This document shows, one piece after another, positions 10,076 through 19,402 of a DNA stretch of 64,000 nucleotides (positions are counted from its first letter, which is position 1; every line of letters starts with the position of its first letter). The notes under the pieces are model-generated. The model worked only from the letters and a program-made list of their open reading frames with translations, was not told the origin of the DNA and did not search any database. The DNA lies in NCBI GenBank assembly GCA_963794325.1, contig CAWCDG010000004.1, positions 1,888,001-1,952,000 of the forward strand, in the 5' to 3' direction. Both the position numbers and the translations under genes were made by a program. Source of the DNA: an uncultured delta proteobacterium. GTDB taxonomy: Bacteria > Desulfobacterota > Binatia > Binatales > Binataceae.

Positions 10076-11068
10076 ATGTTGAAGTTTGAGGATATTGATC
10101 TCGATCGGATGGTTGAAGAAGTTCTGGCTGGAAAAGAAATCGCGCGCGAGACGGCGGCGGCGATTCTGAATTGTCCCGATGAGCGGCTGGGGGATTTGCT
10201 TGGCGCGACGCGCACGGTGCGTGAGGCTGCGTTCGGGCGGCGGGTGAAGATATGCATGCTGCGCAATGCGCAGAGCGGCATCTGTCCCGAGGATTGCTCG
10301 TACTGCTCGCAATCGAAGATCTCGAAGGCCGAGATTCCGGTGTACAAGATGCAGAGCGTCGAGAAGTTGATCGAGGGCGCGCGAATCGCGGTCGAGAGCG
10401 GGGCGCGCCGTTACTGCATGGTGTGCAGCATGCGCGGGCCGGCGCGGCAGGACGTCGAGCATCTCGGGGAGGCCTGCGATCGAATCCGCGCTGAGCTGCC
10501 GGGGCTCGAGCTGTGCCTGTCGATTGGCCTGATGAATCGTGAGCAGGCGGATGAGCTCAAGAGCGCGGGCGCTGGATGGATAAATCACAACCTCAACACG
10601 AGCCGGCGGTTCTATCCGCAGATTTGCACGACGCATACGTATGACGATCGGATCGAGACGATCGAGTACGTGCGCGCGGCGGGACTGTCGACGTGCTCGG
10701 GCGGAATTATCGGGATGGGCGAGACTGACGAGGACATTTTGGACCTCGCGTACTCGACGCGGCGGCTCGCGATCGATTCGGTGCCGCTGAATTTTCTGCA
10801 TCCTATAAAAGGCACGCCGCTCGAGGCGAAGCGCGCGCTGACGCCGGAGAAATGCCTGAAGGCGGCGTGCCTGTTTCGTTTGCTGAATCCGCGCAGTGAG
10901 GTTCGCGCGGCGGGCGGCCGGGAATTGAACGTCGGGGCGCGGCAGGCGGATTTGTTCAATGCGGTGAATTCGATTTTCGTCAACGGGTATCTGACGACTG
11001 CGGGATGGGATTGGACGCGGACGCGGGAGTTGATCGAGCGGGCGGGGTATGAGGCGGAGGTGGGGTGA
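10076..11068 (+). CDS. bioB: Biotin synthase
   Basis: Radical SAM CPEDCSYC, NHNLNT, CSGGIIGMGE, SVPLNFL, RAAGGRE, NSIF, YLTT. Confidence 0.95.
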   Translation: MLKFEDIDLDRMVEEVLAGKEIARETAAAILNCPDERLGDLLGATRTVREAAFGRRVKICMLRNAQSGICPEDCSYCSQSKISKAEIPVYKMQSVEKLIEGARIAVESGARRYCMVCSMRGPARQDVEHLGEACDRIRAELPGLELCLSIGLMNREQADELKSAGAGWINHNLNTSRRFYPQICTTHTYDDRIETIEYVRAAGLSTCSGGIIGMGETDEDILDLAYSTRRLAIDSVPLNFLHPIKGTPLEAKRALTPEKCLKAACLFRLLNPRSEVRAAGGRELNVGARQADLFNAVNSIFVNGYLTTAGWDWTRTRELIERAGYEAEVG

Positions 11069-11100
11069 AGGAGCGGTGCGGGCGGCGCTGCGATGCGAGC

Positions 11101-11140
11101 AACCTAACCCCTAACCCCTTCCCATAGTGGGAAGGGGAAT
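11101..11140 (+). repeat. REP-like palindrome between convergent bioB and ispD
   Basis: AACCTAACCCCTAACCCCTTCCCATAGTGGGAAGGGG, same family as 5917-5956. Confidence 0.75.
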
Positions 11141-11172
11141 CGGAAACGAAAGTCATCTCGGGGCTCGCTTTG

Positions 11173-11865
11173 TCAGGATGACAGGGACGCGAGGATTGCT
11201 TCTACGATTGCCAGATCGGATGGGGTCGTGATCTTGATGTTGGTGGTGGAGGCTTCGACTACTTCGACGCGGGTGCCGGTGCGTTCTACCAGGTCGGCGT
11301 CGTCGGTGGCGATGATTTTGTTTTTGTTGTGGACGGCGCGTTGATGAGCGGCGACAATCAAGTCGCGGCGGAATGCTTGCGGGGTTTGTGCTTGCCATAG
11401 GGTTGCGCGGGCGATGGTCTCAACGATTGCGCCGCTATCGACGCGCTTGAGGGTGTCGGATACCGGGATTGCCGCGATTGCGGCGCCGGCGCGCGTCGCG
11501 GCGTTCAGGCATGACTCGAAGATTGCGACTGTCGCGAGAGGGCGCGCGGCGTCATGCACGATAACCAGATCGCTCTCCGCACTTGTGAGTTCCAGCGCGA
11601 GTCGAACCGAGTCCTGACGCTCGATTCCGCCCACGGTAATTTTGACTGGTATGGAGAGGCCGGCTGCTGCGACTTCGGTGCGCGCCGCGTTTTCGAATCC
11701 ATCCGGGACAGCGATCACCAGTTCGCCGATAGAGTTGATTTGGCGGACGGTGGCGAGCGAGTAGGAGAGCATCGTGCGGCCATAGATCTTCACGAACGCC
11801 TTGGGCACATCGGAGCCGAGGCGGACGCCGCTGCCTGCTGCGACGATGATTGCCGAAGCTTTCAA
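11173..11865 (-). CDS. ispD: 2-C-methyl-D-erythritol 4-phosphate cytidylyltransferase
   Basis: AAGSGVRLG..PKAF, RQDSV, VHDAARP, QTPQAF, TDDA, NIKITTPSDL. Confidence 0.95.
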   Translation of the reverse strand: MKASAIIVAAGSGVRLGSDVPKAFVKIYGRTMLSYSLATVRQINSIGELVIAVPDGFENAARTEVAAAGLSIPVKITVGGIERQDSVRLALELTSAESDLVIVHDAARPLATVAIFESCLNAATRAGAAIAAIPVSDTLKRVDSGAIVETIARATLWQAQTPQAFRRDLIVAAHQRAVHNKNKIIATDDADLVERTGTRVEVVEASTTNIKITTPSDLAIVEAILASLSS

Positions 11866-13175
11866 TTCGATTTCGCTTGAGACGGCGGCGCGCCGCCTGC
11901 GTTTGCGATGAAGCTTGCGATCGTGCCGATAACTCCCACGTCAACGTGGCCCGGCGCGAAGTATTCGGCGGGGTCTGGCTTGCCGGTGCTCGCGATGAAG
12001 AGATGGTTGAGCGAGGGCAGGGTCTTGACCTGCACTTTCGCGTTTCCCTTGAGTCCGGTCTGCCAATCGCGGAGGTCTCCGCCGACCGCCGGGTAGTCGT
12101 TCGAGCCGTGCAGAATCAGGATCGGCAGGTCGAGGCCGCGCGCGATCGCGACTTCGTCGCGCGCCTGGAGGTCGTAGTAGTAGGATGCGGGCGCGCCGAA
12201 GAAGGTCTGCGTCGCGGGCAATTTATGGGTTGAAAGTGCGTCGGCTTGCTGCTCGATCAGGGTCAATTGATCGGTCGGTTCCTGTGCCAAAAATCGCGCC
12301 TGCTCAGCCATCAACTGCGGCAAGTTGCGGCCCGACGGCGCCAGCATCACGATTCCAGCAACCTTCGATGCTTTTTTGGCAATCTCCGGCGCCAGCATCG
12401 CGCCCAGGCTATGCCCGATGATGAAAATTCGATCCTTCGAGACGTCGCGCCGCGCCTGAAGTATGCGCAGTGCGGCGACGGCGTCCTGGATGATCTCGCC
12501 ATCCACCGTGGCCTTCTGCGAATCGAGGTTTCGGTACGCATAGGTGCGCTTGTCGTATCGAAGCGCGATGATGCCGCGAGAGCTGAGACCTTCCGCGATG
12601 TCGGCGAAGGGATGATTGGCGCCGACGGTTTCATCGCGATCGTTTGGGCCCGACCCCTGAATCAGAACTACCGCCGGAAAAGGACCTTTGCCTTTTGGGA
12701 TGGTCAGCGTGCCGGGCAACTTGTAGGCGCCCACGGTTACATCGCGGGAGTCGAACTTTGCGGGATCCGCGTATGGAGGCGCAGTCGCCGGGAGCTTGAA
12801 TAGTACGGACGTAATCTCATGGGTCTTGTAGTTCACGACGATAATCGAATTCGCGGTCGAGCGACGGAACCTGAGTTGCACGCTTACTTCGTCGCGGTCG
12901 TTGGGAGTGTTGTGGTGCTCGAAAATTTTCCAACTGAGCATCGGGCCCTGGTTGGCGTAAACCTGGTCCCAGGAACCCTTTAGACCCGCCGGCGACAATG
13001 CTTTCATCCTGGTGCTGAAATGTTCGGTCGCCGCTTTGAAATTACCGTCGCGGATCGCCGAGAAGAAATGATTTACGATGGCGTCGTCAGCGGTGGCCTC
13101 GGCGGCGCATCGAGTTGCGGGAAGAATCGCGAGCGTCAGGAGAACGGCGCTCAGCACTGATATTCGCTTCAGCAT
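11862..13175 (-). CDS. Secreted alpha/beta hydrolase with N-terminal DUF3887-like domain (paralog 2)
   Basis: Signal peptide, GSGPNDRDE, RYDKR, GHSLG nucleophile, LNHLF. Confidence 0.85.
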   Translation of the reverse strand: MLKRISVLSAVLLTLAILPATRCAAEATADDAIVNHFFSAIRDGNFKAATEHFSTRMKALSPAGLKGSWDQVYANQGPMLSWKIFEHHNTPNDRDEVSVQLRFRRSTANSIIVVNYKTHEITSVLFKLPATAPPYADPAKFDSRDVTVGAYKLPGTLTIPKGKGPFPAVVLIQGSGPNDRDETVGANHPFADIAEGLSSRGIIALRYDKRTYAYRNLDSQKATVDGEIIQDAVAALRILQARRDVSKDRIFIIGHSLGAMLAPEIAKKASKVAGIVMLAPSGRNLPQLMAEQARFLAQEPTDQLTLIEQQADALSTHKLPATQTFFGAPASYYYDLQARDEVAIARGLDLPILILHGSNDYPAVGGDLRDWQTGLKGNAKVQVKTLPSLNHLFIASTGKPDPAEYFAPGHVDVGVIGTIASFIANAGGAPPSQAKSN

Positions 13176-13187
13176 CGGTGCAGATTC

Positions 13188-14534
13188 TCAGACTCGGGGG
13201 CCCTGTTCAATAAAGTTTGCGATCGCTCCGATCACGGCGCCGTCAACGTGACCCGGCGTATTGTACTCGGCCGGGCCCGGCCGGCCAGTCCCGACGATGA
13301 ACAGATGATTGAGTGACGGGAAGGTCTCGACCTTGACCCTGGCGTCGCCGTTCAGGCCGGTTTGCCAGTTGCGGATATCGTTGTCGATGACCTGGTAATC
13401 GCGGCCTCCGTGCAAGATGAGGATTGGCAGGTCGAGGCTCCGAGCGACGGCGACCTCGTCGCGCGCGTCGAGGTCGTAGTAGTACGAGGCGGGCGCGCCG
13501 AAGAAAAATTGCGCCGGCGGCGTTTTGTGCGCCGCGATCGCGTCGGCCTGGCGCTCGAGCTGCGCAATTTCGTCGGGCGACGCCTGGCCGAGGTATCTCA
13601 TCTGCTGGACGATCACGGCGGGCAGCTTGCGGCCAAGCGGCGCGAGCATCACGACTCCGGCAACCGGCGACGCTTTCTTCGCGACTTCCGGCGCGAGCAT
13701 CGCGCCAAGGCTGTGCCCGAGGACGAAAATCCGGTCATGTGCTACTTCGTTTCGCCCGCGCAGCAGATTAACCGCCGCGACACCGTCGTCGATGACCTCT
13801 TCCTTGACGGTGATCTTCTGCGGATCGAGCGTCTTATACGCGTAAGTGCGTTTGTCGTATCGGAGGACGACGATTCCGCGCGAGCTCAGACCTTCCGCGA
13901 GATCCTTGAAGACGTGATTCGCGCCGACTGACTCGTCGCGATCATTCGGGCCCGAACCCGCCAGCATCACGACTGCGGGGAACGGGCCGTCGCCGGTGGG
14001 AATGGTCAGGGTGCCCGGCAACTTCCAGGGATCTTCGCCGACGGTGACCGCTACGGAACGGAACTTCGACGCGTCGGCATACGGCGGCGAAGTTGCCGGT
14101 GAGGACGATGCCTTCGTCTCGACGGTCATCGGTTTGAGATAGAGCCCCGCGATCTCGCCGGTCTGCGGCCTGACTGACACGGTCGCCATCAGCTTGCCGT
14201 GATCGAAAGCCAGCACGACGCTGAGCACGTTGGTCCCCGCCAGCATCCCCTGCGACAGGACTTTCCAATTGTCGAGCTTGCCTTCGGTGGCGACAACTTG
14301 CAGCCATACTGCTGAGAGTTGATCCGCGGACAACGCCTTTTTCATCGTGGGGTCGAAATGAGCTGTCGCGTCGGTGAACCTTTGGTCGCGAAGCGCGGAG
14401 AAAAGTTGATCGACGGGGGCGTTAGCGTCGGCATTTGCCGGAAGGATTCGGACGATGACGGCCTCCATCACGAAGATTAGCGCAAGGGCGAGAATTCGCT
14501 TTCGGTGTATCGCCATGGCCAGCGAGATTCGCAT
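13188..14534 (-). CDS. Secreted alpha/beta hydrolase with N-terminal DUF3887-like domain (paralog 1)
   Basis: GSGPNDRDE, RYDKR, GHSLG, RDYQV, LNHLF; catalytic domain closely similar to 11862..13175. Confidence 0.85.
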   Translation of the reverse strand: MRISLAMAIHRKRILALALIFVMEAVIVRILPANADANAPVDQLFSALRDQRFTDATAHFDPTMKKALSADQLSAVWLQVVATEGKLDNWKVLSQGMLAGTNVLSVVLAFDHGKLMATVSVRPQTGEIAGLYLKPMTVETKASSSPATSPPYADASKFRSVAVTVGEDPWKLPGTLTIPTGDGPFPAVVMLAGSGPNDRDESVGANHVFKDLAEGLSSRGIVVLRYDKRTYAYKTLDPQKITVKEEVIDDGVAAVNLLRGRNEVAHDRIFVLGHSLGAMLAPEVAKKASPVAGVVMLAPLGRKLPAVIVQQMRYLGQASPDEIAQLERQADAIAAHKTPPAQFFFGAPASYYYDLDARDEVAVARSLDLPILILHGGRDYQVIDNDIRNWQTGLNGDARVKVETFPSLNHLFIVGTGRPGPAEYNTPGHVDGAVIGAIANFIEQGPRV

Positions 14535-14574
14535 ACCGAATCTTCGGCTTCAACACAGGAGAGAGAGAGGAATC

Positions 14575-14785
14575 GGGAAGGGGAAATCACTTTATTTAAT
14601 GCGGAACCCACCGTGGGTTCCGCACCTCGTTGGGCAGGGGTGACCCCTGCACCCGGTGAGAATCGCAAAATGGCGAGGACGCCCTTTTGCTCACAGGTTC
14701 TTGATTTTGGTGGCACAGGCTTTAGCCTGTGATTTTCTGGTCCATGCAAATCGAGGAAAGAATCACAGGCTGAAGCCTGTGCCAC
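14575..14785 (+). repeat. Multi-hairpin repeat family A, copy 2
   Basis: GCGGAACCC-ACCGT-GGGTTCCGC, GCAGGGG-TGA-CCCCTGC, GCAAAATGGCG-AGGA-CGCCCTTTTGC, then the REP-like pair. Confidence 0.9.
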
Positions 14786-14802
14786 GAGGAGGCAGAGTAA
14801 TG

Positions 14803-14831
14803 AAAAAAAGGCCGGTGGAGATCCCGGCCTT
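14803..14831 (-). terminator. Intrinsic terminator of carD
   Basis: Minus strand AAGGCCGG-GATCTCCA-CCGGCC followed by T7. Confidence 0.75.
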
Positions 14832-14859
14832 GGTCACTGATTTAAATTACGAGCGACGG

Positions 14860-15354
14860 CTAGTTTGCGAAGATCATCTTTAGCTCTTCCATGATTTTTT
14901 CTTCTGGATGAGCTTTGGCGATCGACAATTCCTTGACGAGCAAAGAGCGCGCCGTGTCGAGCATCTTGCGCTCGCCGAACGACAATTCCTTATCGCTCTT
15001 GAGCACGAGGAGATCGCGCAGCACTTTGGCGATTTCCAACGGAGAACCGGTTTTGATTTTTTCGGTGTATTCGCGATAGCGGCGGTTCCAGGTTTGCGTA
15101 TCGACTTCGACCTTGCGCTGACGCAGGATACGGTAGATTTTTTCGACCATATCTTTGCCGATGACGCGGCGGAGGCCGACCGACTCGACGTTCTCGGTTG
15201 GAATCATGATGGTCATTTTTTCGGTGCCGAGAATTCGCAGCATGTAGAAACGTCGCTCGGTACCGGAAATGACGCGCATCTGGATGTCTTCGATTACGGC
15301 AACCCCATGGGCGGGGTAAACCACCTTTTCGCCCTTCTTGAACGGCAAACTCAT
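14860..15354 (-). CDS. carD: CarD-family RNA polymerase-binding transcription factor
   Basis: FKKGEKVVYPAHGV, TWNRRYRE, LSFGERKML; start taken at MSLPFKKG. Confidence 0.95.
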   Translation of the reverse strand: MSLPFKKGEKVVYPAHGVAVIEDIQMRVISGTERRFYMLRILGTEKMTIMIPTENVESVGLRRVIGKDMVEKIYRILRQRKVEVDTQTWNRRYREYTEKIKTGSPLEIAKVLRDLLVLKSDKELSFGERKMLDTARSLLVKELSIAKAHPEEKIMEELKMIFAN

Positions 15355-15557
15355 TGTAATTTTGGCATTCGACGCCAGGCCATGGATTTCGGACATGGGT
15401 TGATGACCGCGCAGTCATGGGTTCATCACCGTTCCGATCAGCCTTGAATGTGAAATAGATTATGGCACAAAATTAGTTGATTTGTAACCCCAGTATCAAA
15501 AGGAAACTGAAATTGTCAGAATGATAGAACATCGTTCGGAATTAGCTGCCGAAAAGG

Positions 15558-16010
15558 TCAATCGAACCGCAGTTCCATGATGATCGCGTCCTCGCCGGGG
15601 CCATAGTAGTGGCGCCTCAAACGGCGTTCTTCGAATTCGAATTTACGATACAACTGTCGAGCGGGCAGGTTGGAACGGCGAACTTCCAGCGTAACTACGC
15701 CTGCGCCAGCCGATTTAGCCTCGGAAATTGCCTCCCCAAGCAGCACAGTGCCGATCCCGAGCCTTCGAGAGTCGGGATGGACCGCGATATTGAGGACGTG
15801 GCATTCGTCGGCGATGAGCCATCTGCATAGAAACCCGGCAATCGGGGCGGCGCCGGCTTCGGCGGGAATCGCCAGCATGATGCGGGAGAAAGGCAGGGTC
15901 AGTTCGCGCTCGAATGACGCCAAAGTCCATGGCGAGGGGAAGGCGAGGCGCTCGATCTCGATGATCCGGGGCAGGTCGCGACCTGTGGCGTTCCGAATGT
16001 GGATCGCCAT
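15558..16010 (-). CDS. rimI: Ribosomal-protein-alanine N-acetyltransferase
   Basis: IERLAFPSPW, HVLNIAV, LEVRRSN, RRHYY..EDAIIM. Confidence 0.9.
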   Translation of the reverse strand: MAIHIRNATGRDLPRIIEIERLAFPSPWTLASFERELTLPFSRIMLAIPAEAGAAPIAGFLCRWLIADECHVLNIAVHPDSRRLGIGTVLLGEAISEAKSAGAGVVTLEVRRSNLPARQLYRKFEFEERRLRRHYYGPGEDAIIMELRFD

Positions 16011-16035
16011 CTGAAACTCAACTGAACACGTTTTG

Positions 16036-16184
16036 CCTCGCCCTCTGTGGGGAGAGGCCGACGCTCGTCTTCGAGCGGCGGGTGAGGGACCAAAATTTTT
16101 CGAGATTCCGAATGTGCGGCGCAACAGACAACCGCGCCGCACAAATGTCCCTCACCCTAACCCTCTCCCCACGAGGGGCGAGGG
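16036..16184. repeat. Inverted pair of REP-like palindromes (CCCTCACCC...CCTCTCCCC family)
   Basis: CCTCGCCCTCTGTGGGGAGAGG...GGGTGAGGGAC and GTCCCTCACCCTAACCCTCTCCCCACGAGGGGCGAGG. Confidence 0.8.
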
Positions 16185-16231
16185 AACCAGAACGCTTCGC
16201 TCGCGAATGCACAAAACGCGTACGGTTTGGT

Positions 16232-17671
16232 TCAGGCGGCGTTTTGTAGCTGGGCCGCGTCTGCTTTGAGAACGATAACCTCGAGCACTTTTTCGCGCAT
16301 CCGATGCTTGAACCCACCGACCGGCTTGCCGAACTCGATTCGCGAGGTGAAGTCGGCCGGGAACGACGACGAGACGTAGGAAAGCCGGCGGATGGTTTCG
16401 CCGCGGACGCTCGCGCTAATCGCAATCACGTTGTCGCCGAGCATGATGTTGTAGTCGTAGTCGGGCATATCGTCGGGAAGATTCCACAGGCGCTTGAGTG
16501 AAGAGGGCGGCAACTTGCGCGGCATCTCGAGCCGCACCAGGTAGGCGTTGGAATATTCGGCGACGGTGTACACGGTTCCGTAGCGGCGATCGCGCTCGGT
16601 CTTGTCCTCATGCATGGTGCCCTCGAAACCATCGAAGGCGACTTTGCGCTCGGTGCGGCGGCCCGCGCCTCCGGCGCGCACGAGAATCGAGCCGAGTGGC
16701 GCCAGTGCGAGTCCGTACCAGCATCCGCGATAGGTCAGCTGATCGGCGGGCTTGGCGTGAACGACGCCCTCACGCAAACGCCACGCGGCTTCACCCGCGG
16801 CGATCAATAAGCCGAGCATGATCCATCCGCCGGTGTGCTGAGAAAACAATCTGTCGCCCAACACTTCAACCGAGAACGCAGTCAGGAGCACGGGATACAG
16901 AATCAGGTTGAAAATCATATTGAGCGCGGTCGAGCGGATCCGCGAAAATCCCGCAGTGCTGCCGACCGCGTGCTCGAGGTCGGACTTCACGCCGTCGGGC
17001 ATCGCGCCGAGAATCGGCTCGGCCAGCCGAAACGCAAATTGGACCGGGCCGGGCGCGGTGCGGATCGGGGACGCATCAACGGTGGCCAGGACCGCGTCGA
17101 AGTCAGCATCGAGCTCGCCGGGAAAATGTTTCTCGCCGATTGGGCCGGGCAATGCGCCGATGTCTTTCGGCAGATGCATCATCGCGAGTCCCGCCGCTGC
17201 CACCGGAGCGGTCGCCACCGGTGCTGGAGCTGCCGCTGGCTTGGGTGCTGCCGGCGCCGCCGCAGGCTTCGCCGCGACTGCGGCGCCATTGGTTGCAGCT
17301 TCCGCACCTCCTGAGGCAGGAGCAGGTGCGCCGGGGGCCTCCTTGCGAAAGCGCGATGGCGCGTCGTCGGGGAAGGTCGTCTCAGGATGCAACTCGCGAG
17401 CGCGAGCGAGCAATACACCTTCGGTCTCGAGGTTGGCGGGATCGGGGATGCAGCAATCTACCGGGCATACCGCGGCGCAGGCTTCATGATCGTGGAAGCC
17501 GACGCATTCGGTGCACTTGGACGGCACGATGTAATAGATGTCCTGGGCGATTGCGGCGCCCGGGGTGCCGTTTAGTTCCCACGGCACTCCGCCCGCATAG
17601 ATCGCGGTATTGGGACATTCGGGTTCACATGCGCCGCAATTGATACATTCGCTTGTGATCGTCGTCGCCAT
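16232..17671 (-). CDS. YfhL-like 2x[4Fe-4S] ferredoxin fused to TM helices and a C-terminal HSP20-like domain
   Basis: CINCGACEPECP and CTECVGFHDHEACAAVCPVDCC; Ala/Pro linker; 2-3 hydrophobic segments; C-terminal beta-rich domain (HSP20 assignment is inference). Confidence 0.8.
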   Translation of the reverse strand: MATTITSECINCGACEPECPNTAIYAGGVPWELNGTPGAAIAQDIYYIVPSKCTECVGFHDHEACAAVCPVDCCIPDPANLETEGVLLARARELHPETTFPDDAPSRFRKEAPGAPAPASGGAEAATNGAAVAAKPAAAPAAPKPAAAPAPVATAPVAAAGLAMMHLPKDIGALPGPIGEKHFPGELDADFDAVLATVDASPIRTAPGPVQFAFRLAEPILGAMPDGVKSDLEHAVGSTAGFSRIRSTALNMIFNLILYPVLLTAFSVEVLGDRLFSQHTGGWIMLGLLIAAGEAAWRLREGVVHAKPADQLTYRGCWYGLALAPLGSILVRAGGAGRRTERKVAFDGFEGTMHEDKTERDRRYGTVYTVAEYSNAYLVRLEMPRKLPPSSLKRLWNLPDDMPDYDYNIMLGDNVIAISASVRGETIRRLSYVSSSFPADFTSRIEFGKPVGGFKHRMREKVLEVIVLKADAAQLQNAA

Positions 17672-17980
17672 CTTCGGAACCGAACCTCTTCTTCTTTTTC
17701 AGGAAAGTGTTTTCAGGAAAGTGCGCCATACAGCTCGCTGGCCGCGTTGAACATTAACTGCTGAAAGTTTTGTCTGTCAATCACACCCAATTCAAGTCTG
17801 CTAATAGTGTAGCGCGTGAGATGTCCCGAACAGAACCGCCGAGGATTTATCGCCTTGCGTTCGCAAACGGGTTTTGCAACTATTGGCGGGATTACTGGTC
17901 CAGCCCTGAACTGTCGGATCGATACACATGGTGCAGGGGACTGGCTCTTTTACCTGAACCACTGCTGGAGGATAGCTCGG

Positions 17981-18262
17981 ATGAAAACAATCCTGAAAGT
18001 ACTTGGTGTTGTGGCTGTGACTGCGCTGGTGACAGCGTGCGGCCCGGACATGAAGACGATCAACAACGCCACCGATCGCGCGACGGCGGATGCCCAAAAG
18101 GCGGAAGCATCGGCGAACGCCGCGGAAGCCTCGGCTAATCAGGCTGCGCAAGCCGCATCGCAGGCAGACGCGGCGGCGAGCCAGTCAGAGGACGCGGTCC
18201 GTCGTGCGAACGACGCAGTGTCGCGCCTCGAGGCGGCATTCTCGACGTCGGTTACGAAGTAA
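17981..18262 (+). CDS. Small alanine-zipper lipoprotein (Lpp/OprI-like)
   Basis: RBS GGAGG; lipobox VTAC; Ala-rich heptads; C-terminal Lys; downstream hairpin. Confidence 0.8.
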   Translation: MKTILKVLGVVAVTALVTACGPDMKTINNATDRATADAQKAEASANAAEASANQAAQAASQADAAASQSEDAVRRANDAVSRLEAAFSTSVTK

Positions 18263-18302
18263 GCGATCAGAATCGTTTACTGAGCTAGTCAGTTAGTAAA
18301 AG

Positions 18303-18340
18303 AGCGGTGGCGGAAGGAGAAGCTCCATTCGCCACCGCTT
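18303..18340 (+). terminator. Hairpin after the lipoprotein gene (probable terminator)
   Basis: AGCGGTGGCG ... CGCCACCGCT stem followed by TTAGTCTT. Confidence 0.55.
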
Positions 18341-18413
18341 AGTCTTGTCTGAAGCGATCCAAATAAGTTTTTCACGGGGCGCGTAACGTCCTGAATTCAA
18401 GGAGCATCGACCG

Positions 18414-19397
18414 ATGCGACCAATCAAATTTAATGTCGGACTTCCCAACGGCGATCCTGCCGCGACCATTGCGACTGCGCGGCGGGCCGAGGAGCTCGGG
18501 TACTATTCGGTTTCTATCGACGATCATTTTTTCATGCGCGGACTGATGGCTGATGTGCGCGCGCCGCATTGCGAATGCTTCACGATGCTTAGCGCGGTCG
18601 CGGCGGCAACCAGGAGCATCAGGATGCTGCCACTGGTCACGTCGATGTCCTATCGGAATCCGTCGTTGCTGGCGAAGACGATGGCGTCGATCGACAAGCT
18701 CAGCGGTGGGCGCTTTACCGCGGGGATCGGCGCCGGCTGGTTCAAAGAAGAATACGACGCCTACGGGTTTCCGTATCCGTCGAATGCCGAGCGAATCGAG
18801 CAGATGGGTGATGGGATCAAAGTGTTGAAGGCGATGTGGACGCAGGACGAGCCGACCTATCATGGGAAGTATTTCAAAATTGAAAAGGCCTATTGCGATC
18901 CCAAGCCGGTGCAGCGGCCTCATCTGCCGATCCTGATCGGCGGCGGCGGCAAGCGCGTCCTGGAAATCGCGGCGCAGGAAGCGGACATCCTGAATCTGAA
19001 CCCGCCGGTGACCAAGGGTTACGTCGATATCGCCGAGGCGCTGAAGTTCGATCGGGCCAAGGTGCTGAAGCGGATCGAGATGATTCGCGGCTTCGTGAAA
19101 GCGTCGGGGCGCGCCTCGGATGCGCTCGAGCTGTCGGGCGGAGGGTTCGTGCTGATCGCGAAGGATCGCACGACGGCCGATGCTATGGCGTCGGCGACGG
19201 CGCAGAGTCTTGGCGTCGAGAACAACGATAGCGTGCGTAGTTCGCTGCAGGTGCTTATAGGCACTCCCGACGACATCGAGAAGGAGTTGTCGGTAAGAAT
19301 CGAGAAGTTCGGCATGACTTACTTCTTCCTGAACTTCATGATGCCAGATTCTATCGAGATGTTTGCCAAGGAAGTAATGCCGGCGTTCGCGCGCTGA
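18414..19397 (+). CDS. LLM-class flavin/F420-dependent oxidoreductase
   Basis: AEELGY..DDH, YRNPSLLAK, DKLSGGRF.AGIGAGW, PKPVQRPHLPILIGGGG. Confidence 0.9.
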   Translation: MRPIKFNVGLPNGDPAATIATARRAEELGYYSVSIDDHFFMRGLMADVRAPHCECFTMLSAVAAATRSIRMLPLVTSMSYRNPSLLAKTMASIDKLSGGRFTAGIGAGWFKEEYDAYGFPYPSNAERIEQMGDGIKVLKAMWTQDEPTYHGKYFKIEKAYCDPKPVQRPHLPILIGGGGKRVLEIAAQEADILNLNPPVTKGYVDIAEALKFDRAKVLKRIEMIRGFVKASGRASDALELSGGGFVLIAKDRTTADAMASATAQSLGVENNDSVRSSLQVLIGTPDDIEKELSVRIEKFGMTYFFLNFMMPDSIEMFAKEVMPAFAR

Positions 19398-19402
19398 GTC
19401 CT

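Noticed and set aside
14477-14785. Short ORFs containing HRLKPVP or AQALAC (also near 5000, 51100 and 51750)
   Set aside because: They are translations of repeat family A, not genes.
15461-15480. TGGCAC as a sigma54 promoter near carD
   Set aside because: It lacks the -12 GC at the right spacing and is on the wrong strand for carD.
16232-17671. Ferredoxin fusion as the missing NuoI
   Set aside because: The Cys spacing and sequence are YfhL-like, the NuoI N-terminal motifs are missing, and it is unlinked to the nuo block.
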